This document shows positions 18,671 through 28,348 of a stretch of DNA of 64,000 nt, piece after piece. Origin of the DNA: Vicinamibacteria bacterium (GTDB lineage Bacteria; Acidobacteriota; Vicinamibacteria; Marinacidobacterales; Marinacidobacteraceae); the NCBI GenBank assembly GCA_963555995.3, contig OY821641.1, forward strand, positions 2,720,001 to 2,784,000. Direction: 5' to 3'. The translations under genes were made by a program, and so were the position numbers. The stretch's first letter is position 1, and every line of letters starts with the position of its first letter. Under the pieces are notes generated by a model. It ran no database searches and had not been told where the DNA came from. It saw only the letters and a program-made list of their open reading frames with translations.

Positions 18671-18861
18671 TCAGAGGCTCCCGCGGAACAGCCGGATCAC
18701 CCGGTCCCAGGCGGGGAGCGCCGGTCTTCAGACCGGCACCGCCGCCCGGAGGGCGGCGAAAGCACGTCCTGACCGGGCGGGAACGCGCGGTCCGAACGGA
18801 ACGGAGAGCGCCGCGGAATCAGAGATTCGCCCGGAACAGCCGGATCACCCGGTCCCAGGCG
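18671..18861 (+). repeat. 43-bp direct duplication of the hydrolase 3' end flanking a REP-led 105-bp segment
   Basis: 18671-18713 vs 18819-18861, 39/43 identical; GGGAGCGCCGGTCTTCAGACCGGCA begins at 18714. Confidence 0.9.
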
Positions 18862-19487
18862 TCCCCGGCCGCGTCGGCGTCGTACACCTCCGGGCGGCCG
18901 TCATTGAAGAACGCGTGGTCGGTACCCGGGTAGGTGTGGAACTCGTGAGCGACGCCCGCCGCCGTGAGCGACGCGTCCAACCCGGCGACGGCCTCGGCGT
19001 TCACGAAGCCGTCGTTCTCGGCGAAGAGCCCGAGCACCGGACAGCGGATCGCGGCGTAGTCGGGATGAACGTTCGGGTGGACGCCGTAGAAGTCGGCGCA
19101 GGCGCCGATGCGCGGCGACTTGCTGGCTGCGTAGAGCGCGAGCTGGCCGCCCATGCAGAAGCCGACCACGCCGACGGAGTCGCCGGAAGCCACGTTCGCC
19201 AGGTGGTCCGCGGCGCCCCGCAGGTCCTGCTCGGCGCGGTCCACCTCAAGCGCCATGAACAGCTTGCCGGCCTCGTCCGGCGAGGTCGTCGCCTCGCCGT
19301 GGAACAGATCGGGAGCGAGCGCGGTGAACCCGGCCTCGGCGAAACGGTCGGCGACCTCCTTGATGTGGCCCACCAGACCCCACCATTCCTGGATGACCAG
19401 GACCCCGGGACCCGGTTGGTCGGGGATCGCCAGGTAGCCGTCCGCGGAACCGCCGTTCGCGGCAAAGGAAACCATTTCGCTGCGCAT
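18819..19487 (-). CDS. Dienelactone hydrolase family protein
   Basis: IQEWWGL, GFCMGG, HAFFND; GAGGAGG RBS. Confidence 0.93.
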   Translation of the reverse strand: MRSEMVSFAANGGSADGYLAIPDQPGPGVLVIQEWWGLVGHIKEVADRFAEAGFTALAPDLFHGEATTSPDEAGKLFMALEVDRAEQDLRGAADHLANVASGDSVGVVGFCMGGQLALYAASKSPRIGACADFYGVHPNVHPDYAAIRCPVLGLFAENDGFVNAEAVAGLDASLTAAGVAHEFHTYPGTDHAFFNDGRPEVYDADAAGDAWDRVIRLFRANL

Positions 19488-19515
19488 CGTGATCCTCCTC
19501 CGGGGGGCCGCGATG

Positions 19516-19885
19516 TTAACAGCCGGTGGCAAAACCCACGCGGCGTTCGAGCGGCGATGCATCCCGCCGGAACCGCGCCGCTTCGCGACGCTCATCGTTG
19601 CGTTTCGGTCGGAATACACCCGGTATTCCTCCCTCACGCGCCTTGTCAGTCGGGCGCCTCGCCGCTCTCGGCGCTCACGTGGGTTTCACCACCGGCTGTT
19701 AGCAGCCGGTGCCAATACCCACGCGGCGTTCGACGGGCGATGCATCCCGCCGGAACCGCGCCTCTACGAGGCGCTTATCGTTGCGTTTCGGTCGGAATAC
19801 ACCCGGGATTCCTCCCTCACGAGCCTTGTCAGCCGGGCGCCTCGCCCGTCTCGGCGCTCACGTGGGTGTCACCACCGGCTGTTGC
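19516..19885 (-). mobile_element. Tandem pair of MITE family A
   Basis: TTAACAGCCGGTGG...CCACCGGCTGTTAG, then a second 183-bp unit from 19699. Confidence 0.88.
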
Positions 19886-19984
19886 CAGCGCGGGTCCTGC
19901 GGGCCGCGATTTTCCTTCCGGAATGCACCCGTCCTTTGTTATCTTCGGCCGGCTACCGCGCGGGGAGCGAAAGGAAGGTCGCCG

Positions 19985-21685
19985 ATGAGCCCACTGCTCG
20001 CAACGCTGGTGTGTTTCGGCCTCTACATCGTCGGCTATCGCTTCTACGGCCGCCGCATCGCACGGCGCTCCTTCGAGCTGGACGACTCGCGGCTCACTCC
20101 CGCGCACGAATTGAAGGACGGGCACGACTACGTCCCGACCCCGAAGCCCGTTCTCTTCGGGCACCACTACGCCTCCATCGCGGGCCTCGCCCCGATGCTC
20201 GGGCCGGCGATCGCGGTGATCTGGGGCTGGGTCCCGGCGATGATCTGGGTGGTCGTCGGCACCCTGCTGGTGGGGGCGGTGCACGACTTCTCGGCGCTCT
20301 GCATCAGCATGCGGGCGAAGGGCAAGTCCATCGGCCGGATCGCCGAGGACATCATCGGCCGCCGCGCCAAGTACCTCTTTCACGCCCTGATCGTCTTCCT
20401 GGTCGGACTCGCGATGGGCGTCTTCGTCCAGGTCGTCGCGCAGCTCTTCTCGAGCATCTTCTATCCCGAGGCGGTCACCCCGAGCACCGCGGTGATGGTG
20501 CTCGCCATCGCCATGGGGTACCTCTCCTACCGGAAGGGCGTCCCGCTCCGCTACCTCGTGCCGGTGGGCGCCACGCTCCTGTTCGTGAGCATCTGGCTCG
20601 GGATGGCGGTGGTTCCGACGCCGGATCTCTCCACGACGGCGTGGAGCTACGTGCTGCTGGTCTACGCCTTCTGCGCCTCGGTCCTGCCGGTCTGGCTGCT
20701 GCTTCAGCCCCGGGACTTCCTGAACTCCATCCTGCTCTACATCGGGCTCATCGGGATCTTCGCTTCCTTCGTGATCCAGAACCCCGAGTTCGCGGCCCCC
20801 GCCTACAACCCCGAGCCCAGCGGCGCCCCGCCCATCCTCCCGTTCGTCTTCGTCGTGATCGCCTGCGGCGCGGTTTCCGGGTTCCACGCGCTGGTCTCGT
20901 CGGGCACCACCGCCAAACAGATCAACAAGGAGAGCGACGCGCCCCTCATCGGCTACGGGGGGATGATCGCCGAGAGCCTGCTCGGGCTTTCGGCCGTGCT
21001 CGCCTGCACCGCGGGATTCGCGAGCCGCGACCTCTGGCACCAGCACTACGCGGACTGGAACGCCGCGAACGGTCTCGCCCAGAAGCTGGACGCCTACATC
21101 ACCGGAGCCGCCAACTTCCTGGTGACCATCGGGATTCCGGTGGAGGCCGGGAAGGCCTTCGTGGCGCTGGTGGCGGTCTCCTTCGCGCTCACCACCCTCG
21201 ACTCGGCGACCCGGATCCTCCGCTACAACATCGAGGAGATCTCGGACAGCATCAAGGCGCCGCTCCTCGGGAACCGCCACGTGGCCTCGCTGCTCGCCGT
21301 CGCGATCATCGGTTTCTTCGCGCTGATGAAGGTCCCCTCGGGCACCGGAGAGATGGTGCCCGCGGGCACCGCGCTCTGGGCGCTCTTCGGAACCACGAAC
21401 CAGATCATGGCGGGACTGACCCTGCTGTCGGTGACCCTCTATCTCTACTTCCGCAAGAAGCCGTTCGCCTTCGCGCTCTTCCCGATGGTGTTCATGGTCG
21501 GCATCACCATCGCCGCCATGATCTACAACATCCGGCTCTACGCGGAGTCCGGCAACCTGGTCCTGCTGTTCGTGGGCGGGGCGATCATGGCGCTTGCCGT
21601 CGGGTTGGTCTTCGAAGGGATCCTCCGGTTCACGAGGGGCCGGGAAGCCGCGATCGAGGGAATCCGCCGCGCGTTTGGCGACTAG
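19985..21685 (+). CDS. cstA: Carbon starvation protein CstA transporter
   Basis: TPAHELKDGHDYVP, LFGHHYASIAG, LLQPRDFLN, IACGAVSGFHAL. Confidence 0.95.
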   Translation: MSPLLATLVCFGLYIVGYRFYGRRIARRSFELDDSRLTPAHELKDGHDYVPTPKPVLFGHHYASIAGLAPMLGPAIAVIWGWVPAMIWVVVGTLLVGAVHDFSALCISMRAKGKSIGRIAEDIIGRRAKYLFHALIVFLVGLAMGVFVQVVAQLFSSIFYPEAVTPSTAVMVLAIAMGYLSYRKGVPLRYLVPVGATLLFVSIWLGMAVVPTPDLSTTAWSYVLLVYAFCASVLPVWLLLQPRDFLNSILLYIGLIGIFASFVIQNPEFAAPAYNPEPSGAPPILPFVFVVIACGAVSGFHALVSSGTTAKQINKESDAPLIGYGGMIAESLLGLSAVLACTAGFASRDLWHQHYADWNAANGLAQKLDAYITGAANFLVTIGIPVEAGKAFVALVAVSFALTTLDSATRILRYNIEEISDSIKAPLLGNRHVASLLAVAIIGFFALMKVPSGTGEMVPAGTALWALFGTTNQIMAGLTLLSVTLYLYFRKKPFAFALFPMVFMVGITIAAMIYNIRLYAESGNLVLLFVGGAIMALAVGLVFEGILRFTRGREAAIEGIRRAFGD

Positions 21686-21698
21686 CCGCGGCAGGGTC

Positions 21699-23024
21699 AT
21701 GCCGATCCGGTCCGGCGCAACCCTGATCGCCGCGCTGCTGCTCGCCGCCACCGCCGCGGCGGGCCAGGACCGGCTGGCGCTGGTCGGCGGCATGCTCCTC
21801 GACGGCTATGACGTGCCCCCGCTCCACCACGCGGCGGTGCTCATCGAGGGCGACCGGATCGCCGCCGTGGGCCGCGCCGCGGAAATGGAGATTCCGCCGG
21901 ATGCCGCCGTGGTGGACACGCGCGGCCGGGTGATGATGCCGGGGATGATGGATCTCCACGCCCACCTCGCCGTCCTCGGCCACGGCGAGTACGGCCGCTG
22001 GTTCTCCTGGATCGCCGAGGAGGGGGTGGACATCGAGGAGGTCATGGAGATCTCGGCGAAGCAGCTCCTGCTCGCCGGGGTGACCACCGCAGTGGATCTC
22101 GGAGCGCCGCTCGAAGCCAGCCTCGCGGTGCGCGACCGGATCGCCCGCGGCGAGGTCCCCGGCGCCCGGCTGCTGATGGCCGGCCCCTGGATCACCCGCC
22201 GGGTGAGTTTCTGGCCCGAGAACTACCAGATCGGCATCCGTTCACCGGAGGAGGCCTCGGCGGCGGTCGAGCGGCTCGCGGAGGCGGGCGTGGACGTCAT
22301 CAAGGCCTGGGTCGGGCTCACCCGCGAGGACTACCAGGCGGTCGCCGACACCGCGCACCGCCACGGACTGCGTGTCCATGCGCACGTGTACGCGCCGGAC
22401 GACGTCCGGAACGCCCTCGAAGCGGGCATTGATGTTCTGACCCACGCGGGATCGGCAGGCACGCCGCCCTACGGGGAGGACCTGCTGCGCGACATCGTGG
22501 TCGCCGGCCGCCCGGTGGTGATCACCGGCGCGCACCGGGTGTGGGTGTTCCCGGCCACCGTGGATTTTCCCGAGCGGCTGCAGGACCCGCGGCTCCGGGA
22601 CGACCTGCCGGCGGCCATGTACGACGAACTGCAACGCAGCTTCGAGAACTTCCACACGCTCCCGTACTTCCAGACGACCGCCCGCCAGATGTTCTTCGGC
22701 GACGCCTCGCTCGGACAGTGGATCGAGGCGGGAGCGGTGATGGGCATGGGGACCGATTCCGGGACGCCCATGAACTTCCATACCGAGGCCCTCTGGCGGG
22801 AGCTCAAGGCCCATGTGGATCTGGGTATGACATCCATGGAGGCCATCGTGGCGGCGACCCGGATCAACGCCCGGATCCTCGGGCTGGCGGACGATCTCGG
22901 CACCATCGAGGCCGGCAAGATCGCGGACATCGTGGTGCTCCGAGGGGACCCGCGGTTCAGCATCACCGCGCTCGACGACCCCGAACTGGTGGTCAAGGAC
23001 GGCAAGCTGTACCGGCGGCACTAG
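21699..23024 (+). CDS. Exported amidohydrolase-family protein
   Basis: Signal peptide; MPGMMDLHAH, VIK, HAH, GTDSG, GTIEAGKIADIV. Confidence 0.9.
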   Translation: MPIRSGATLIAALLLAATAAAGQDRLALVGGMLLDGYDVPPLHHAAVLIEGDRIAAVGRAAEMEIPPDAAVVDTRGRVMMPGMMDLHAHLAVLGHGEYGRWFSWIAEEGVDIEEVMEISAKQLLLAGVTTAVDLGAPLEASLAVRDRIARGEVPGARLLMAGPWITRRVSFWPENYQIGIRSPEEASAAVERLAEAGVDVIKAWVGLTREDYQAVADTAHRHGLRVHAHVYAPDDVRNALEAGIDVLTHAGSAGTPPYGEDLLRDIVVAGRPVVITGAHRVWVFPATVDFPERLQDPRLRDDLPAAMYDELQRSFENFHTLPYFQTTARQMFFGDASLGQWIEAGAVMGMGTDSGTPMNFHTEALWRELKAHVDLGMTSMEAIVAATRINARILGLADDLGTIEAGKIADIVVLRGDPRFSITALDDPELVVKDGKLYRRH

Positions 23025-23047
23025 CCGCCGTTCAGGAGAAGACGAAG

Positions 23048-24877
23048 ATGAAGACAACCGGTTTCCGATTCGGAGTCGCGGCGGTTCTGCTGGGACTCGC
23101 GGCGCCTTCGTTCGCCCAGGAGAGCGCCCATCCGATCCGCGTCGGGGAGATGCGGAGCCAGGACCGCCCGGTGGTGCCCGGGGTCCACGGCCTGGTGACC
23201 GCGGGGCACCCGCTGGCGACCATGGCGGGCATCCAAACGCTGATGAAGGGCGGCAACGCGATCGACGCCTCGGTCGCGGTGCTCGCGGTCCTGAACGTCG
23301 TGCGCCCGCAGATGTCGGGAGCGGCGGGGAACGGTTTCCTGACCTACTTCGACCAGGCGACCGGGACCGTCCACTCCCTGAGCGCCACCGGCGCGGCTCC
23401 CAAGGCGCTCCGCGCCCAGGAGCTCACCCCCGACCAACTCAACAAGGGCATCAACGCCGGAGTCGTTCCGGGCCTCTTCGGCGCCTGGATCTCGATGCTC
23501 GACCGCCACGGCACCATGAGCCTCGAGGAGGTGCTGGCGCCCGCGATCGATTACGCGAAGAACGGCCATCCCATGGAAGCGTCGGTGTCGCGCGCGATCG
23601 CAGCCTCGCGGGAGGACTTCGAGCGCTTCCCGACCAGCGTGCGGATGTTCCTGCCCGAGGGACGCGTGCCGGAAACCGGCGAGCTCTACAAGATGCCCGA
23701 CCTCGCCCGGACGCTCGAGAAACTGGTCGAGGCCGAGCAGGCCGCCCGGCGCGCCGGCAAGGGCCGCTCGGAAGCCCTGGACGCCGCCTTCGACCGGTTC
23801 TATCGCGGAGACATCGCCGAGGAGATGGCCCGCTTCTACGAGGAGAACGACGGCCCGTTCACGCTCGAGGACTTCGCCGCCTACGAGCCGATGTGGAAGG
23901 AGCCCCTCCACACCAACTACCGGGGATACGACGTCTATTCCAGCCCGCCCACTTCCCGCGGCGGCATGGAAGTGCTGATGCAGCTCAACCTGATCGAGGG
24001 CTTCGACATCGCCGCACTGGGTCAGAACTCGGCCGAGACGCTCCACCTGGTGATCGAGGCGGTCAAGGTGGCCAAATCCGATGTTTACCGCTACGTCGCG
24101 GACCAGGCAAAGTTCGAGGTCCCGCTCGACGGGCTCCTGTCCAAGGAGTACGCCGAGACGCGGCGCGCGCTCATGAACGAGCGGACCGCGATCGCCTACC
24201 CCGAGGGCGGCGTCCCGCCGGGAACGGCCGCCACCGATGCGGCGCCGGGTGTCCTTTCGGCGGCGAACCCGACAGCCAGCCGATCCTTCGCCGGCAGTAC
24301 CACCAGTTTCTCGGTGGTGGACGGGGCCGGCAACGCGGTGGCCTGCACCCCGACCCACGGCGGCATGTTCGGCACCGCAGTGGTGGTGGGAGGCACCGGC
24401 GTCACCTTCAACAACGGAACCCGGATCGGCTCCACCGCGCCGCACCCCGACCACCCGAACTACGCCCGCGGCGGCCAGATCCCCATCCTGAACAACTCGC
24501 CGATCATCGTCCTGAAGGACGGCGAGTTCCTGCTCGCGCTCGGGACGCCGGGCGGGGAGACCATCGGCCAGACCCAGTTCCAGGTGCTGCTCAACATCCT
24601 CGACTTCGGCCTGAACATCCAGGAAGCGGTGGCCGCTCCCCGCCTCAGCCTCTTCGCCGACCCCAACTTCTACACCCCCGGCTCCGACATCCTCGTGCGG
24701 GTCGAAAACCGCGTGACGCCCGGAGTCGTCGAAGCGCTCCTCGGGATGGGCCACCGGGCCGAACTCACCGGCGGCTACGCCCTCGGCAGCAACAACGGCA
24801 TCCTCATGGATCTCACCGCCGGCACCATGACCGCGGGCGCCGACCCCCGCCGCGCCGCCTACGCCATCGGCTACTGA
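23048..24877 (+). CDS. ggt: Gamma-glutamyltransferase family protein
   Basis: GGNAIDA, PDLARTL, FYRGDIAEE, STTSFSVVD autocleavage Thr, GTPGG, GADPRR. Confidence 0.9.
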   Translation: MKTTGFRFGVAAVLLGLAAPSFAQESAHPIRVGEMRSQDRPVVPGVHGLVTAGHPLATMAGIQTLMKGGNAIDASVAVLAVLNVVRPQMSGAAGNGFLTYFDQATGTVHSLSATGAAPKALRAQELTPDQLNKGINAGVVPGLFGAWISMLDRHGTMSLEEVLAPAIDYAKNGHPMEASVSRAIAASREDFERFPTSVRMFLPEGRVPETGELYKMPDLARTLEKLVEAEQAARRAGKGRSEALDAAFDRFYRGDIAEEMARFYEENDGPFTLEDFAAYEPMWKEPLHTNYRGYDVYSSPPTSRGGMEVLMQLNLIEGFDIAALGQNSAETLHLVIEAVKVAKSDVYRYVADQAKFEVPLDGLLSKEYAETRRALMNERTAIAYPEGGVPPGTAATDAAPGVLSAANPTASRSFAGSTTSFSVVDGAGNAVACTPTHGGMFGTAVVVGGTGVTFNNGTRIGSTAPHPDHPNYARGGQIPILNNSPIIVLKDGEFLLALGTPGGETIGQTQFQVLLNILDFGLNIQEAVAAPRLSLFADPNFYTPGSDILVRVENRVTPGVVEALLGMGHRAELTGGYALGSNNGILMDLTAGTMTAGADPRRAAYAIGY

Positions 24878-25181
24878 TGGCGCTCCCGGCTTGGAACGCC
24901 GGCTTCAGCCGGCACCGCGCAACGCTCGTCCTCCGGATGACACCCCCGGCTTGGAACGCCGGTCTCCTGACCGGCACGCGCGGGGCTCCGCAACGCGCAC
25001 GGCGCAACCCTCCTCCCCCCGCATGGCGCTCCCGGCCTGGAACGCCGGTCTCCTGACCGGCACGCGCGGGGCTCCGCAACGCGCACGGCGCAACCCTCCT
25101 CCCCCCGCATGGCGCCCCCGGCTTGGAACGCCGGTCTCCAGACCGGCACGCGCGGGGCTCCGCAACGCGCACGTCGCAACG
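24877..25181 (+). repeat. Tandem array of four REP-like units (periods 60, 86, 86)
   Basis: Units start at 24877, 24937, 25023, 25109; each has GGAACGCCGG..CCGGCA. Confidence 0.92.
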
Positions 25182-25214
25182 CCAATCCCAACCGATGACC
25201 CATCTTCCCCGCCC

Positions 25215-26099
25215 ATGAAACTCCCAACCACCCTCCTCACCCTCAGCCTCCTCCTCGCCGCCACCGCCCCCGCCCAGGACACCCCCATGCCCGAAATGGT
25301 GGAAATCAAGGGCGGCGTCTTCTTCATGGGATCCCAGTCCGGCCCACCCCAGGAAAAGCCGATCCACGCCGTCCAGGTCTCGGACTTCTGGATCTCCAAG
25401 TACGAGATCACCCACGCCGAGTTCGCCGCGTTCGTCGAGGACACCGGATACGAGACCGAGGCGGAGACGTTCGGCACCGGCCGGATCCTCCGGGACGGCC
25501 GCTTCGTCTACTCCCCCGGCTTCACCTGGAAGGAACCCCACGGACCAGGCTCGACGGTCACGGAACCCGACCGGTACCCCGTGGTCCAGGTGAGCTGGAA
25601 CGACGGCGTCGCCTACACCCGCTGGCTCAGCCGGCAGACCGGCCAGGCCTACCGGCTACCCACCGAGGCCGAGTGGGAGTACGCCTGCCGCGGCGGCACG
25701 CAGACGACCTACTGGTGGGGCGACGACTTCGACCAGACGAACGTGAACACCGCGGGCACCTGGCGTCCGGGAGGCGCTCCCTGGCCTCGGGACGAGCACA
25801 CCCTCATCACCCCCATCGACCGCTACCCGGCGAACCCCTTCGGGCTCCACGACATGCTCGGCAACAACTGGGAATGGGTCCAGGACTACTCCTCCGCCGA
25901 CTACTACGCCGCCCAGGTGCGGCGGCCGGAGTCACCGGTGGTGGATCCCCAGGGACCCGCCTCCGGCAACGAGCGCGTCCTCCGCGGCGGAGGCTGGAAC
26001 GTCAACCCGGACCGGGCGACCTGCTCCTTCCGCTTCCTCGCCGACCCACCGGTGTACCGCAGCGACCACGTCAGCCTCCGGGTGGTCCGGAATCCCTAA
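25215..26099 (+). CDS. Formylglycine-generating enzyme (SUMF1/PvdO)-fold exported protein
   Basis: F.MGS, PVVQVSWND, RLPTEAEWEYACRGG, NPFGLHDMLGN, RVLRGGGW; lacks the FGE catalytic Cys pair. Confidence 0.88.
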   Translation: MKLPTTLLTLSLLLAATAPAQDTPMPEMVEIKGGVFFMGSQSGPPQEKPIHAVQVSDFWISKYEITHAEFAAFVEDTGYETEAETFGTGRILRDGRFVYSPGFTWKEPHGPGSTVTEPDRYPVVQVSWNDGVAYTRWLSRQTGQAYRLPTEAEWEYACRGGTQTTYWWGDDFDQTNVNTAGTWRPGGAPWPRDEHTLITPIDRYPANPFGLHDMLGNNWEWVQDYSSADYYAAQVRRPESPVVDPQGPASGNERVLRGGGWNVNPDRATCSFRFLADPPVYRSDHVSLRVVRNP

Positions 26100-26153
26100 C
26101 CGGGACTCATCGGCAGCAGTTCGACGGCCGAAACCGGCTGCGAAAACGGACAC

Positions 26154-26190
26154 TTAGCTGCACGTTTTGCATAGCAAAATGTGCATTAGC
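26154..26190. terminator. AT-rich palindrome between convergent genes, flanked by TTAGC direct repeats
   Basis: TTAGC-TGCACGTTTTGC-ATA-GCAAAATGTGCA-TTAGC. Confidence 0.5.
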
Positions 26191-26971
26191 GCGCGCAGGT
26201 GAGGTGGCGGCCGCCGTCCACCGGGATCGTGACCCCGGTGCAGAAGCTCGCGTCGTCCGACAGCAGGAACAGCGCCAGGTCGGCCACCTCCTCCGGCGTG
26301 CCGATGCGGCCGATCGGGTGCGTGGTCTTGCTGTGCTCCACGAAGGCCGCGTAGCGGTCGTCGTCGAGCCCCCCGGCGAGGTGAAGCTCGGTCCGCGTGA
26401 CGCCGGGGTTCACGGAGTTGATGCGCACCCCCTTGGCGGCGAGTTCGAGGGCCGAGCAGCGCGTCAACTGGTCGAGGGCGGACTTGCTCGAGTTGTAGGC
26501 CAGCACTCCGGGGAACGAGCGGATGCCGTTGACGCTGGAGACGTTGACGATGCTGCCCTTCCGCTCCAGCAGGTGCGGCACCGAGAGCCGCATCAGGTCG
26601 AAGACGGCCTCCACGTTCAGGGCGAACATCCGCTGCCAGGCGTCGAGTCCGGTGTTTTCGATGGTGCCGAAAGCAATCACCCCGGCGGAGTTCACGAGGT
26701 GGTCCAGCCCCCCGAAGCGCGCGACGGTCTCCTCCACCGCCCGTGACCGGAACGCCGCTTCGGTCACATCCCCCGCCAGCGGCAGGGCCGCGCCGCCGGC
26801 CACTTCGATCTCGCGGGCCAGCGCCCCGAGACGCTCGGGCCGGCGGGCGGTGACGGTGACCCGCGCGCCCTCTCCGCCGAGCGCCAGCGCGGTGGCCCGT
26901 CCGATCCCGCTGGAGGCTCCGGTCACGATGGCGACCCGGTTCTGAAAGCGTTTCTGCGCGCGATTCGGCAC
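26186..26971 (-). CDS. Short-chain dehydrogenase/reductase
   Basis: TGASSGIG, NSAG, YNSSK; GTG 26971 after GAGGAG. Confidence 0.93.
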   Translation of the reverse strand: MPNRAQKRFQNRVAIVTGASSGIGRATALALGGEGARVTVTARRPERLGALAREIEVAGGAALPLAGDVTEAAFRSRAVEETVARFGGLDHLVNSAGVIAFGTIENTGLDAWQRMFALNVEAVFDLMRLSVPHLLERKGSIVNVSSVNGIRSFPGVLAYNSSKSALDQLTRCSALELAAKGVRINSVNPGVTRTELHLAGGLDDDRYAAFVEHSKTTHPIGRIGTPEEVADLALFLLSDDASFCTGVTIPVDGGRHLTCAR

Positions 26972-27051
26972 GTCGTTCTCCTCTGCCTGGCAGCGGCGGC
27001 GGCGCGCCGCCCGCTGGACATCCCCAAACCCCGGGCGGGAGACTATCGCCC

Positions 27052-28032
27052 GTGCCCGAATTCCCCGATGTCGAGCTGTACCGCTCCGCGATCGGGGGCC
27101 GGATCGTGGGGACGCGCCTCGCGGCGTTTCAGATCGCCTCCCCGCACCTCCTCGCCTCGGTCGAGACGCCTCCCGAGACGCTGATCGGACGGGTCGCAAC
27201 CGGCGTCCGCCGGATCGGCAAGCAGCTCGTCATGGAGTTCGAGGAGGAGCTCTTCTGCGCCGTCCACCTCGCGGTGGCGGGGCGGTTCCACTGGACCGCG
27301 ATTTCCGGTTCGGGGAACCCGGTGCGGCTGTCCCCGCACGGCAATCTGGCCGTCTGGAGTTTCGAGTCGGAAGCCGGGAGCGGCGGAAAGCTGCGGCTCG
27401 TCGAGCGGAGCCCGAAGAAGCGGGCTTCCATCCGGGTGGGCCAGGGTCCGGGGCCGCTCCGGGCGCTCGACCGCGGCGGGCTGGAGATTCCCGGTTCCAC
27501 CCGCGAAGAGTTCGGCGCCCGGCTGGCCGGGCTGACGAACACCATCAAGCGGGCGCTCACCGAACCGGCCCGTTTCGCCGGAGTCGGCAACGCCTACTCG
27601 GACGAGATCCTCCACCGGGCCCGGCTCTCGCCCTCGAAACGGGCCGGAAGCCTCACGTCCGAGGAAACCGGCCGTCTCCACGCCGCTGCGGAGTCCGTCC
27701 TGACCGAGTGGGCCGCGCGGCTCCAGGAAGAGTGCGGCAGCGCCTTTCCCACCGGCGTCACCGCCTTCCGCGAGGGGATGGCGGTGCACGGCCGCTTCGG
27801 CCAGCCCTGTCCGGACTGCGGATCTCCGGTGCAGCGGGTACGCCGCGCCGAGAACGAGTTCAACTACTGCGCGACCTGCCAGACCGGCGGCCGTCTCCTG
27901 GCGGATCGGGCGATGTCCCGGCTGCTCCGGAAGAAGTGGCCGCGAACGCTCAAGGCGGCCGAGGAGCGACGGCGGCGGCTCGGGACCCCGGGATCCGATT
28001 CTTCATCTCCGGACGATCGCAGCCAGACGTGA
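27052..28032 (+). CDS. Fpg/Nei-family DNA glycosylase
   Basis: N-terminal PEFPDV, RIGKQL, HL..AG, GVGNAYSDEILH, CPDC..CATCQ zinc finger. Confidence 0.9.
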   Translation: MPEFPDVELYRSAIGGRIVGTRLAAFQIASPHLLASVETPPETLIGRVATGVRRIGKQLVMEFEEELFCAVHLAVAGRFHWTAISGSGNPVRLSPHGNLAVWSFESEAGSGGKLRLVERSPKKRASIRVGQGPGPLRALDRGGLEIPGSTREEFGARLAGLTNTIKRALTEPARFAGVGNAYSDEILHRARLSPSKRAGSLTSEETGRLHAAAESVLTEWAARLQEECGSAFPTGVTAFREGMAVHGRFGQPCPDCGSPVQRVRRAENEFNYCATCQTGGRLLADRAMSRLLRKKWPRTLKAAEERRRRLGTPGSDSSSPDDRSQT

Positions 28033-28090
28033 ATCCGGCGCGGCGGGACGGTGTGCAGTGACACACGTCAGTGCGGTGAGGGCGGCTGGA

Positions 28091-28150
28091 GTCGCGACAC
28101 GCGCGGCGCGGAGCGCCGCGCGTGCCGGTCTGGAGACCGGCGTTCCCGGC
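28091..28150 (-). repeat. REP-like two-hairpin element
   Basis: Plus strand GTGCCGGTCTGGAGACCGGCGTTCC. Confidence 0.9.
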
Positions 28151-28161
28151 CGCCGCGCCGC

Positions 28162-28348
28162 CTAGCAGCCTGTGGACAAAGTCACGCGGCGTTCGGCGGG
28201 CGATGCATCCCGGCTGAACCGCGCCGCTTTGCGGCGCTCTGCGTTGCGTTTCGGTCGAAATACACCCGGTATTCCTCCCTCACGCGCCTTGTCAGCCGGG
28301 CGCCTCGCCCGCCTCGGCGCTCACGTCACTTTATCCACAGGCTGCTAG
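28162..28348 (-). mobile_element. MITE family A copy
   Basis: CTAGCAGCCTGTGGACAAAGT...ACTTTATCCACAGGCTGCTAG. Confidence 0.9.

Noticed and set aside
18671-18861. Diversity-generating retroelement TR/VR pair
   Set aside because: The four differences do not map to template adenines on the gene strand and no reverse transcriptase is present
19489-19984. N-terminal extensions of cstA, the hydrolase and other genes in the ORF track
   Set aside because: They are read-throughs of MITE or REP sequence; better starts, several with an RBS, lie downstream
24877-25181. CRISPR-like array
   Set aside because: Inter-repeat sequences are near-identical rather than unique spacers, the repeat is dispersed across the window, and no cas genes are present
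25215-26099. Active formylglycine-generating enzyme
   Set aside because: The catalytic Cys pair after RGG is absent and no sulfatase is adjacent
28162-28348. Replication origin suggested by DnaA boxes
   Set aside because: The boxes are part of a dispersed MITE; no dnaA or AT-rich unwinding element nearby
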